A DNA stretch of 64,000 nucleotides from Chthoniobacteraceae bacterium. GTDB taxonomy: Bacteria; Verrucomicrobiota; Verrucomicrobiia; Chthoniobacterales; Chthoniobacteraceae. The stretch is taken from NCBI GenBank assembly GCA_044375925.1, contig JBILLT010000003.1:6988-70987 (forward strand), in the 5' to 3' direction. A model generated the notes under the pieces. That model was given only the letters and a program-made list of their open reading frames with translations. It was not told where the DNA came from and did not search any database. This document shows positions 37,829 through 48,136 of this stretch, piece by piece (within the stretch, counting starts at the first letter, position 1; each line of letters starts with the position of its first letter). A program made the position numbers and the translations under genes.

Positions 37829-39124
37829 ATGGACAACCCTTCCAATGCGCCGACGACCGTTCCCCCTAGAACGCAGGCCGCTTCAAAGGGCGGGAGGTTG
37901 AAAGTGAAGAAAGACCCTCTTCTGGGAGGCCCTCCGGGCCAACCGGCGGCATCCAGGTCTGAATCTCCGAAGACATCACGCTCCGAGGCAACGCTCGGCA
38001 CACAAACGGCCCAGCCTATTCCGGCGCAGTTCTCCGCGACCGGCGCTAACGGCCACCATGAATCTCCGGAACATCCGCGGCCGCAGCATGAACACTTCGG
38101 CGCCCTGCCCGACAGCTACCACCACGACACGCTCTTCCTCGTCGCACGCGACCCGCGCTGGCTCTTTTCCTACTGGGATTTTGACTGGTCACGCGTCCCC
38201 GCCTCTTCCATGCGAGATGGCAGACAGGCCTACTACCTCCGCGTCACCAAGCGGACGGGTTCCGTTGAATCGATCGTTGAAATCCATCCGAGCGCACGTA
38301 ACTGGTACCTGCCGGTGCAGCAAGGCAACACGGATTACCGCGCGGAGTTGGGGTACTTCGACGCAAAAGGGGCCTGGTGCTGCCTGATACGATCCGGTGA
38401 AGCCCGCACCCCCGCCGACTCGATTGCCGAGGACTCCCGCTCGCAGGAGTTTGCAACCGTCCCGCAGGGACTGTCCTTCGAGAAATTGAGCGACCTGGTC
38501 CAGCAACACATGAGCGAGGGCGAGAGTTTGCTAGGGGCAATTGCCCGCATCACGGGTGCTGGAAGAATCGCCATGCAACCCGGCAGCGCGCCGACTTGGA
38601 CAGAAGAGCAAAAACGCCTGCTTGCAATGCTGCTCGGCGAATCACTCATCAACGTGATCGGACTCGGGTCGGAAGAAATTGACCGGATGCTGCGTAAAGC
38701 GCTTGCTCAAAAACTCCACAGCGAAGTCTCAAGCGGACTAGCCGCATCCCTCGGTTCGTCGCCCTCCAGTCTCTCAAGCCCGTTCGGTGCAAGCTGGAGC
38801 GCCCAGCCCTTTGGAGTCGCCAAGGATCGCGGCTTCTTCATGAACCTCAATGCGGAGATTATTTTTTACGGTGGAACCGATCCGGCAGCGGCGGTCACGG
38901 TCAACGGAAAGCCCGTCGCGCTGCAAAGTGACGGATCATTCCGCTTCCACTTCACGCTTCCGGACGGTGACTTTGAGATCCCGATCGTGGCCACTTCGCC
39001 CGACGGTCTCGAGCAACGCGCCGGAACCCTGAGCTTCAGACGCCAGACTGGAAAGACCGGCCGAGTCGATGACGCTTCACAGCCACGCGAACTGGAGCCT
39101 TTGATCGGACGAAAATTTGCCTGA
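37829..39124 (+). CDS. DUF4912-like protein
   Basis: LPDSYHHDTLFLVARDPRWLFSYWDFDW is the DUF4912 signature as I recall it. The N-terminus looks basic and disordered. Confidence 0.6.
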   Translation: MDNPSNAPTTVPPRTQAASKGGRLKVKKDPLLGGPPGQPAASRSESPKTSRSEATLGTQTAQPIPAQFSATGANGHHESPEHPRPQHEHFGALPDSYHHDTLFLVARDPRWLFSYWDFDWSRVPASSMRDGRQAYYLRVTKRTGSVESIVEIHPSARNWYLPVQQGNTDYRAELGYFDAKGAWCCLIRSGEARTPADSIAEDSRSQEFATVPQGLSFEKLSDLVQQHMSEGESLLGAIARITGAGRIAMQPGSAPTWTEEQKRLLAMLLGESLINVIGLGSEEIDRMLRKALAQKLHSEVSSGLAASLGSSPSSLSSPFGASWSAQPFGVAKDRGFFMNLNAEIIFYGGTDPAAAVTVNGKPVALQSDGSFRFHFTLPDGDFEIPIVATSPDGLEQRAGTLSFRRQTGKTGRVDDASQPRELEPLIGRKFA

Positions 39125-39264
39125 ACCGCGGGCTGCATGCACGGGCGATAATCCAGTCGCCGCCGGTTTCCGGGTGCCAACCGGAGCCGGCGATTCTTGT
39201 GTGGCACGACTGGGAGGCAGCAGATTTCTGTTGAAAAAGCTGTCCCGCGATCGCGCCTATCGCC

Positions 39265-39684
39265 TCAACCGGCGAGTTTCCGGCGCAACTCCTCCGGTAT
39301 CGCCGCGGCTTCCAGGCGGCCCGATGCCGCGTCAACCCGCGCATACACCGCGATCACCAACCCTCGCGCCGCGTCATCCGAAGCCCCCGCAACCCGCACC
39401 CGGAAGCCGTAACGGACCGAGCGGTTCCGAACCTCCTCAACGCAGAGGGTGACCTCGATCACCTCCTCAAATCGGACCGGCTTAAAATACTCGCACTCGA
39501 CTTTTACCCGAGGCCAACCGGCGACCCCATCCTCATCCTTCGCGTGTACCGAATGCCCGACGGAGCGCAGGAAAGCGTGTTCCGCAGACTCCATCCACCT
39601 CAGGAAGTTTGAAAAATGAACGATTCCCGCCATGTCCGTCTCCGAAAACTCGACGGTGCGGATCTGGGTAAACTCTACGGCCAT
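39265..39684 (-). CDS. Hotdog-fold acyl-CoA thioesterase (YbgC/4HBT family)
   Basis: 139 aa; V.FSETDMAGIVHFSNFLRWMESAEHAFL has the catalytic Asp context typical of 4HBT-class thioesterases. Confidence 0.75.
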   Translation of the reverse strand: MAVEFTQIRTVEFSETDMAGIVHFSNFLRWMESAEHAFLRSVGHSVHAKDEDGVAGWPRVKVECEYFKPVRFEEVIEVTLCVEEVRNRSVRYGFRVRVAGASDDAARGLVIAVYARVDAASGRLEAAAIPEELRRKLAG

Positions 39685-39853
39685 TTAAAGGCCATTACCC
39701 ACTGCGGTGGGGCTTGACCAGCGCGCATCCTGGGAAAATTCAAAAAATCGCGCCTGTTCGTGGCGATTGTTCCGGCAGGGCGGGCAAATTCAGAAAAAAA
39801 CTCACTTCCGGGTGTTTTCGGTTCAATACCTGCTATATTGTCCCGAGAACGCC

Positions 39854-40771
39854 ATGAACGGAGGACTCACATTCAACCACCGCGAGGATCACGGTCCATG
39901 GTTGTTGTTCTGGGGACACCCCGTGTACGCTCCGGGAGCGCTGGTGGGGGTGGCGATTGTTTCGATGCTCGCGACGACGCTCGCGATGGCTTTCAACCAA
40001 GGATGGGCGGGAGTGCTGCAGTTCTCGAGCGAGGCGATTCTCTCTCGGGGCGAACTCTGGAGAGTGGCGAGTTACGCGCTCTGGAATCCGCCCTCGATTT
40101 GGTTTGCTCTGGAGTTGCTGATGCTCTGGTGGTTCGGGCGCGAGCTGGAGGGGTATTTCGGCCGGCGGGCGTTTCTGAGGCTCTATCTTGGAACCCTTTT
40201 GGTTCCCCCGTTGGCTGCGATTTTGTTCGCCCCGCTGATGCACACGCAGTGGATCGGCCTGCCAAGCAGCTTCAGCATGTTCGTGGCTTATGCGACCATG
40301 TCGCCGAACGTGTCCCTGCTCTTCGGAGTATCCGCAAAATGGACCGCCCTGATTTTTCTGGGGATCCAGACTCTTTCGTATGCCGCCGCGCACGACTGGG
40401 CGCACATGGGGATTTCGCTAGCGAGCGCCGCGTATGCGTTCGGGTTCGTGCGGCACGAGCAGGGAATCTGGGAACTGCCCAGAATCCGCGTTCCGAGGCG
40501 TCACCCTCAACTGCGGGTGCTTGAAAAGGTGGCTCACGCCGAGAAGCCGCTGGGCGCCCAGAATGCCTCGCCGCCGATTTCGCAGCCGCAGCCTTCCTTG
40601 AAGCCGGCAAGCCGCGGCAAAAGCGCTCAACCGGATTCGCCCGCGATGGCAGCCATTGATCCGCTATTGGAAAAAATTGGCCGCTCGGGTCTTGCGAGTC
40701 TGACACCGGAGGAAAGGGTCCAGCTGCAGGAAGCGAGGGAAGCCCTTCTCAAGGAAGAGCGGCGACATTAG
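39854..40771 (+). CDS. Rhomboid-like polytopic membrane protein with a soluble C-terminal tail
   Basis: ELWRVASYALWNP...ELLMLWWFGRELEGYFGRRAFLRLYL resembles rhomboid TM1-TM2. The catalytic Ser/His could not be placed with confidence. Trimmed to the ATG at 39854. Confidence 0.45.
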   Translation: MNGGLTFNHREDHGPWLLFWGHPVYAPGALVGVAIVSMLATTLAMAFNQGWAGVLQFSSEAILSRGELWRVASYALWNPPSIWFALELLMLWWFGRELEGYFGRRAFLRLYLGTLLVPPLAAILFAPLMHTQWIGLPSSFSMFVAYATMSPNVSLLFGVSAKWTALIFLGIQTLSYAAAHDWAHMGISLASAAYAFGFVRHEQGIWELPRIRVPRRHPQLRVLEKVAHAEKPLGAQNASPPISQPQPSLKPASRGKSAQPDSPAMAAIDPLLEKIGRSGLASLTPEERVQLQEAREALLKEERRH

Positions 40772-40848
40772 GGGGAGATCGGAGTAGCAGCCTAACGAGG
40801 TATCGGCCGGAAGAAGCGGGAATAGGCTTGGCTGAAGGAGACGGGATG

Positions 40849-41445
40849 TCAGCGATCCGCGATGAGAGCGCGGTTTTTCCAGAGATAACCCAATCCGCTC
40901 CAGATTGTTAACAGCAGAGCGACTCCCATTACCGCCCAGCCCAAACCCCGCCAGAGCGCAGGCTCCCCGGGGAGCGCTGGAAACCAACCGGCCTCGCTCC
41001 ACTCGGTGCAACTCAGCAGCACGAAGTAGTAGAGAATGGCGATGATCTGCCAAATGGTCTTGTGCTTGCCCAACCGATCGGCTGGCAGCAAGACCCCTTT
41101 GGAGACAGCTATCTGCCTCAAACCGGTGATGAGAAACTCCCGGCTGATGATCACGATGGAAACCCAACCGGGGACGGCAGGCTGACCATTGTAATGGAGA
41201 ACGGAAAGGCAAATTAAAGCCGTGGCCATCAGTATCTTATCAGCCAGCGGATCCATCAGTGAGCCAAAGTCGGTGACCAAGTGATAGCGCCGCGCGATCG
41301 CGCCGTCCGCGTAGTCCGTGAGGCTCGCCGCGGCGAACAGGAGTAATCCAGCCGTGCAGCGGTAGCGCCAATCCAACTCGAGCACCGCCGCAAGCACAGT
41401 GGTGATGGCCAAACGAGCAATGGTGAGTTGGTTGGGTAGATTCAC
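40849..41445 (-). CDS. pgsA: CDP-diacylglycerol--glycerol-3-phosphate 3-phosphatidyltransferase (CDP-alcohol phosphatidyltransferase family)
   Basis: DYADGAIARRYHLVTDFGSLMDPLADK (DGx2ARx8Gx3Dx3D). I prefer the GTG at 41445 (VNLPNQLTIARL, 198 aa, PgsA-sized). An upstream ATG at 41559 would leave only 29 nt to the divergent gnd start. Confidence 0.8.
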   Translation of the reverse strand: MNLPNQLTIARLAITTVLAAVLELDWRYRCTAGLLLFAAASLTDYADGAIARRYHLVTDFGSLMDPLADKILMATALICLSVLHYNGQPAVPGWVSIVIISREFLITGLRQIAVSKGVLLPADRLGKHKTIWQIIAILYYFVLLSCTEWSEAGWFPALPGEPALWRGLGWAVMGVALLLTIWSGLGYLWKNRALIADR

Positions 41446-41588
41446 GGGATCCGCGCCGAGGTGCGGGCCGCCCCAGCTTGGAAGGGAAGACTTAATGGTT
41501 CCGGCATAAAAGTCGATTGCCGAGAAAGCTCGCCGCGGATTATCCTTTGATTCCCTCATATTTAAATTCCTCAACTGTACATAAACCA

Positions 41589-43010
<1,422 letters not shown>

Positions 43011-43046
43011 ACCGGCGCCAAATCGCCTGAAAGGATTGCGACAAAA

Positions 43047-44312
43047 ATGAGGAAGCCGCGCACACAACGACGCGGCTTCCTTCTTTTTGCGTTTGCGTCA
43101 CTTCCCCTTTTTACCACAACGACGCGTGCTGAAGATTTCCAAGGCAGCACGCATATGCTTGAATTCAACAAGCCCCCGATTCTTTACAAAAATAAAATCG
43201 CGACCGATCCTGTCGCCGCTCTGAACAAATCGCTTCGAGCGAACCGCGCCTCGGGTTGGAAGGAATATCATCCCACCTTCGGCTACCTGCCCGCGGTGCT
43301 GGAAATGCTTGGGGTTCCGGTATCCTCGCAGATGCTCGTTTTCTCAAAAACCTCGGTGCAACGCAGCTTCATTGACTCTGGAAATCCCCGCGCACTTTAT
43401 TTCTCAGACGATGTATACGTCGGGTTTATCCCGGGAGCACCTGACCTTGAAATTGCAGCGGTGGATCCCTCACTGGGAACCGTATTCTACACCGTTTCAC
43501 AGGACAATTCCGAGCCCGTCCGTTTCCGAAGGAACGACGACTGCCTCAATTGCCACGCATCGGCGCGGACGATGGGCGTTCCTGGATTCGTTGTCCGCTC
43601 ACTTGATACGGATGCAGCGGCGGAAATCGTGGCCGGCACGGACACGAACAATGTGACCCACTGCACACCGATTAACGAGCGGTGGGGCAGTTGGTTTGTT
43701 TCCAATGCGCCGCAGGATTGGGAGCACCGAGGAAACACCGTGAGTAGTGGAGACACCAGAACCCCCATCCCAAACGAGCGTCTCAACCGCGTTTTCAGCT
43801 CACCCCTTTATCCCTCGAAAGGAAGCGAAGTACTACCGCTGCTGTTGCACGACCATCAGACGCACATGCACAACTACATCACGCGCCTGGGCATGGAAGG
43901 CCAAGAGCGCATCGCATCGTACGGTCATCTTCGGTATCTTCAGGTGCAGATAGTAGCGTTCCTGCGTTACCTCTTGTTTGTTGAAGAAGCCCCGCTCGCT
44001 TCGCCAATAAACGCTTCCGAGAACTTTATTGAAGCGTTTCAAAGGAATGCGAAACGCGACTCAAAAGGGCGCTCGCTCAAAGACCTGGACTTGAAGACGC
44101 GGCTTTTCCGGTTTCCGTGCAGTTTTCTCCTCGACTCCGAGGCATTTCGAAAAATGCCGGCCATGGTTCGCGAGGCGATTTTAGCGAAGCTTCATCAAGT
44201 GCTGCTTGGAGAAAATCCGGACCGGACATTCGAATCCCTGTCGTTGCCAGATCGGCAAGCGATTCTTGAAATCTTGAAAGCGACGGCACCCGACCTGACA
44301 GCGGGTTGGTGA
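43047..44312 (+). CDS. Secreted hypothetical protein with a single CxxCH heme-binding-type motif
   Basis: Signal peptide MRKPRTQRRGFLLFAFASLPLFTTTTRA; CLNCH encoded at 43542-43556. Confidence 0.55.
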   Translation: MRKPRTQRRGFLLFAFASLPLFTTTTRAEDFQGSTHMLEFNKPPILYKNKIATDPVAALNKSLRANRASGWKEYHPTFGYLPAVLEMLGVPVSSQMLVFSKTSVQRSFIDSGNPRALYFSDDVYVGFIPGAPDLEIAAVDPSLGTVFYTVSQDNSEPVRFRRNDDCLNCHASARTMGVPGFVVRSLDTDAAAEIVAGTDTNNVTHCTPINERWGSWFVSNAPQDWEHRGNTVSSGDTRTPIPNERLNRVFSSPLYPSKGSEVLPLLLHDHQTHMHNYITRLGMEGQERIASYGHLRYLQVQIVAFLRYLLFVEEAPLASPINASENFIEAFQRNAKRDSKGRSLKDLDLKTRLFRFPCSFLLDSEAFRKMPAMVREAILAKLHQVLLGENPDRTFESLSLPDRQAILEILKATAPDLTAGW

Positions 44313-44320
44313 TGGCTGTT

Positions 44321-44941
44321 TCAGCACAATAACGCCGCAACCAGCCTTTTTTCCCACGCGGCGCGCAGGTCCTCCAACCGCATCCCGCGGCCTTTTCCGG
44401 GGGCATCCATCAGAAGCCCCTGACTGCTTGGATGAGGCAGCGCTACCAGACCCATGCCAAACTCCTTCACCAGCGGTTCGAGTGTTTGCGCGGCACATCG
44501 GCCGAGCGTAATGACCCGTTTGGCGTCCCGGACCGATGCGGCGCCGAGCTCATCACGCAGACGAGCGGTATTTCCAGTTGAAACAAGCTCGCTGCGCTTG
44601 GGGGCGCGGAAACGTTTGCCATCGTCCGTGGGGCAACAGGGGAAAGCGTTACTTAGCGCGACGCCGATCAAACGCGGCCAGAGCCCAGCAGCTCTCAAGG
44701 CGGCCCCATCCCAGCGCTCCCACACTGAATCCGCAAACTCGACGCATCCCGCAACTGCCAAAGCTCGGTAAAGCGGAATTCCGGCACCGTCCCCCCAGAA
44801 CGGGACACCGCTTTGATCCGCCCCTCTCGGACCGGGAGCTTCACCATAAATGATGCTGCGCAACGTTCCCTTCTCAGGGAAACAGGGCGATACCGCCCGC
44901 CCATGGATCCTAGGTTCACCCCAGAAATCCCCGGTTGTCAT
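44321..44941 (-). CDS. Uracil-DNA glycosylase superfamily protein
   Basis: IIYGEAPGPRGADQSGVPF (GExPG-type motif A) and LPHPSSQG (HPS motif B). The ATG overlaps the upstream TPR gene stop (ATGA at 44938-44941). Confidence 0.7.
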   Translation of the reverse strand: MTTGDFWGEPRIHGRAVSPCFPEKGTLRSIIYGEAPGPRGADQSGVPFWGDGAGIPLYRALAVAGCVEFADSVWERWDGAALRAAGLWPRLIGVALSNAFPCCPTDDGKRFRAPKRSELVSTGNTARLRDELGAASVRDAKRVITLGRCAAQTLEPLVKEFGMGLVALPHPSSQGLLMDAPGKGRGMRLEDLRAAWEKRLVAALLC

Positions 44942-45438
44942 TGCAAGTCGGCGTGAAGCGCCGAAAGGTCTGCGTCGCCTTTGGCGAAATCCCGAAACCG
45001 CTTGTCGATGCGAATGCTCCGGGCAAGGTTCATCCTCGCCGCATCGAGGTCACCCAGAACTGCATCGTAGCACGCCAAATTGTAATAGTACGTACCCTCT
45101 TTTTGAAGAGTTGGCGGCCCCTTGCGCAAAGTATCGCGTGCTCCGTTGGTGTCGCCTAATTCGTGAAGACAATAAGCTAAATGGATGTATCCAGCAGCAA
45201 GATCCGGCTGCGTCCGGCAGAGCCGTCGCGCTGCCAATGAAGCGGTCTTCCAGCGGGAGCCACGGATAAGCACCACGATCTCCAACTCAAGGACAACGGC
45301 CTTGACTCTGAGTTCAGGCGGAAGGGTCTTCAACTCCCTCATGGCCTCCCGACACATGCCCAGTTCCAGATAACCCTGGACCGCCGACAGAATTTTCTGT
45401 TGTTCGATGGGAATTGTTTCCACGTCTTGATCAGCCAA
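44938..45438 (-). CDS. TPR-repeat protein
   Basis: Helical TPR-like repeats (AYCLHELGDTNGARDTLRKG..., YYYNLACYDAVLGDLDAARMNLARSI). The upstream part of the track ORF overlaps pepF. The likely start is a TTG at 45438 or a GTG at 45423, but the start is uncertain. Confidence 0.45.
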   Translation of the reverse strand: MADQDVETIPIEQQKILSAVQGYLELGMCREAMRELKTLPPELRVKAVVLELEIVVLIRGSRWKTASLAARRLCRTQPDLAAGYIHLAYCLHELGDTNGARDTLRKGPPTLQKEGTYYYNLACYDAVLGDLDAARMNLARSIRIDKRFRDFAKGDADLSALHADLQ

Positions 45439-47224
45439 GTAACTCTTCCAGTTCTCCCACACGCCGCTCGAAGAGGGCAAGCGTTTGTTGTATCGGGCCA
45501 GGTTGCTCCATATCAACCCCCGCCCTTCGGAGGGTTGGGAGGGGAAACTCGCTTCCGCCGCTTTTGAGGAAACCCAAATACCTCTGCACCGCGGTCTGCC
45601 CCTCCTCCAAAGTCTGCCGCGCAAGCGAAACAGCCGCGCTCAAACCTGTCGCGTACTTGTAAACGTAGAACGCATTGTAAAAATGCGGAATCCGGAGGCA
45701 CTCCAAGTCCAGCTCCGCATCCAGGGCAAAATCGTCCCCGAAGTAATCCTTCAACAAACCCCGGTAGATCTGCCGGAAAGCATCGAGCGTCAGCGCATCC
45801 CCCCTCTCCTCTGCCTCATGCGTCAACTTTTCAAACTCCGCGAACATCGTCTGGCGGTAAACCGTGCCCCGAATGTCGTCGATCTGACGATTGATGAGGT
45901 ACGCGCGCATCGCACGGTCGTCGGTGTGCTCCAACAAATGATGAGTGAGAAGCTCTTCATTGAAAGTGCTCGCCACCTCGGCAAGAAATATCGGGTAGTC
46001 GTAGGTTTGAAATGGCTGGCTGCGCTTGGCGTACCAGGTGTGCATGGAGTGTCCCGCCTCGTGCGCCAGAGTATAGATGTCGGCGAAGACGTCCTCCTTA
46101 TAGTTCATCAAGATATACGGAGGCCCCTGATACCCGCCCGAGGAAAATGCACCGGAACGCTTCCCTTTGTTCTCATAGCGGTCGCACCACCGTCCGGCAC
46201 CAAGTCCATCGGTCAAGGTTGCGCAATATTCGGACCCGAGTGGTTCGAGCGCGGCGATCACTTTTTTGGTGGCATCCTCGAAACTCACGTGGGTTTCAAT
46301 CTTTGGCACAATCGGCACGCCGGTGTCATAAGCGTGGATTTCGTCGAGCTTCAACACGCGTTTGCGCAGCGCATAATACCGGAACAATGGCGCCAGTTTG
46401 GAGCGGACGGTCGAGATTAAATTGTCATAAACCGACAACGGCACGTCATCCCTGAAGAGTGCAGCAGCACGAGCTCCGGGATAATGGCGGGCACGGGCGC
46501 TGAAAACATCCGCCCGCACAGAGGACGCTAGCGTTGAAGCAAGAGTGTACTGATGCGCCGCGAATTCCTTGTAAAACTGATGGAATGCGGTTTTGCGCAG
46601 CTCGGCGTTACGCTTGACCAAAAATGACCCGTACGAGGACTGCGTTAGCGCCTTCTCGACGCCGTTTTCGTCAATCACATTGCCGAAATCCATGTCCACA
46701 TTCGTGAGTTGGGAAAACGTTTCCGCATGCCCCCGCAGCGCGGTGTAACCAAGCGCAAGCAAGCGCTCTTCCGGAGTCGACAATGTATGCGGTTTAAGCC
46801 GCCGCAATTTTCGAAGCGGAATCCGCCAGCCCTCCAACTCAGCCGTTGCGAGGAAAGACTCGAATGTCTGATCGTCGATCGCCTGAATTTCGGGGTCCAT
46901 GTAGGCGGTCACCTCCCCGATGCGGGTCATCAAGTTTTCCAACTGGCCTTCTCTTGTGAGCGACTCGGAATTGGCGCTGTCTTCGGAAGTTTTCAATGAG
47001 GCGTACTGCGCCAGACGTTCAATACGCAAGTTCACCTGCTTTGAAGCCTCCATTGCGTCACGCAGAACGGCGGCCGAACCAGCGAGCTTTCCTTCGAAGA
47101 GCGCCAATCCGGGGTACTCGCTCTGCAATGCGCTGAAGTCGCGCTCCCAAGCGGCACCATCTGGGTACAGCGGACTCAGGTCCCATGTGTCAGCGGGGCT
47201 TACTTGATCTCGAGTAGGGGTCAT
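45431..47224 (-). CDS. pepF: Oligoendopeptidase F (peptidase M3B)
   Basis: TLAHEAGHSMH (HExxH) with a downstream glutamate block (PIFLAEVASTFNE). 597 aa after trimming to the ATG at 47224. Confidence 0.9.
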   Translation of the reverse strand: MTPTRDQVSPADTWDLSPLYPDGAAWERDFSALQSEYPGLALFEGKLAGSAAVLRDAMEASKQVNLRIERLAQYASLKTSEDSANSESLTREGQLENLMTRIGEVTAYMDPEIQAIDDQTFESFLATAELEGWRIPLRKLRRLKPHTLSTPEERLLALGYTALRGHAETFSQLTNVDMDFGNVIDENGVEKALTQSSYGSFLVKRNAELRKTAFHQFYKEFAAHQYTLASTLASSVRADVFSARARHYPGARAAALFRDDVPLSVYDNLISTVRSKLAPLFRYYALRKRVLKLDEIHAYDTGVPIVPKIETHVSFEDATKKVIAALEPLGSEYCATLTDGLGAGRWCDRYENKGKRSGAFSSGGYQGPPYILMNYKEDVFADIYTLAHEAGHSMHTWYAKRSQPFQTYDYPIFLAEVASTFNEELLTHHLLEHTDDRAMRAYLINRQIDDIRGTVYRQTMFAEFEKLTHEAEERGDALTLDAFRQIYRGLLKDYFGDDFALDAELDLECLRIPHFYNAFYVYKYATGLSAAVSLARQTLEEGQTAVQRYLGFLKSGGSEFPLPTLRRAGVDMEQPGPIQQTLALFERRVGELEELLG

Positions 47225-47441
47225 ACCCCGAAAAGAAAGCACACTCGCCCGTTTTCGGAAAGGCTGGGCCCGCCCCGCCTCGGGTTCAACCCAGACATCA
47301 CAAGCCCATACCCCCCTCTGCCACCGCCCGCCGATCAACAAGAATTCGCGAGCGGTTCTGTGAAAACCAGACGGTGCAACATCCCAACACGTTTTGATGG
47401 TAAAAATCCCAAACCCGCCCCAACATTCGGGTCCACCCTTC

Positions 47442-48050
47442 ATGGAACAGTTTCTCACCGACCTACTGCGCAACTATGGAATCTGGGCGGCTCTTTTGTG
47501 GGCGCTAATCGAAACAGACCTCATTTTTTTGGTTATCGGCGCGTTTGCCAGCACGGGCCACCTCAATTTATGGGCCTGCTTTCCAGCCGCTGTGTTCTCG
47601 GCACTCACACATGACACGGTGGTTTTCTGGCTGGCGCATCACCGGGCAGAGTGGGTTCGTTCGAAGCCCGCCTACCAGAAAGTGGGGCCAAAGGTGGAGC
47701 GCATCGCGAACAAAGTGGGCCCGTGGGAACTCTCACTGTGCCGACCGTTGTATGGCACACGTTATCCCAGCGTAATCTTTTGGGGGTTGCAGAAGCTGTC
47801 GTACCCAAAGTTTTGGTTCACAAACGGCGTGGGACTGGCTTTGTGGGCGGCACTGCTCACGGGGTTGGGCTACTTCCTGGGAGATCAGATGGACAAGCTC
47901 AAGGCCATGGTGCTTCACGCTCAGGAAGGACTGCTCGCCGCTGTCGCAGCCGGAATCGGTCTTTATGTGCTCTGGCGTTGGCTGCGCACCCGAAAACAAT
48001 CTCGGAGCCCTCGAAACGAACAGGTCGCCCAAAACGCAGACGTTTCCTGA
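47442..48050 (+). CDS. DedA/VTT-domain-like membrane protein
   Basis: Four or five hydrophobic segments; YGIWAALLWALIETDLIFLVIG is an N-terminus typical of DedA-family proteins. The assignment is tentative. Confidence 0.5.
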   Translation: MEQFLTDLLRNYGIWAALLWALIETDLIFLVIGAFASTGHLNLWACFPAAVFSALTHDTVVFWLAHHRAEWVRSKPAYQKVGPKVERIANKVGPWELSLCRPLYGTRYPSVIFWGLQKLSYPKFWFTNGVGLALWAALLTGLGYFLGDQMDKLKAMVLHAQEGLLAAVAAGIGLYVLWRWLRTRKQSRSPRNEQVAQNADVS

Positions 48051-48136
48051 TTCCGCACGGCAGCGTCCCGGAGGCCGCCCCGACGGCTGGTGTGCAACGA
48101 TGCGCGTCCTTGAAGGTTACGCCCCTTCCTACCGCC

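Noticed and set aside
47651-48136. 5' extension of the recF ORF
   Set aside because: It overlaps the DedA-like gene in another frame and is Arg/Gly-rich. The canonical RecF N-terminus MLTRIKL…GPNAAGKTS begins at 48137.
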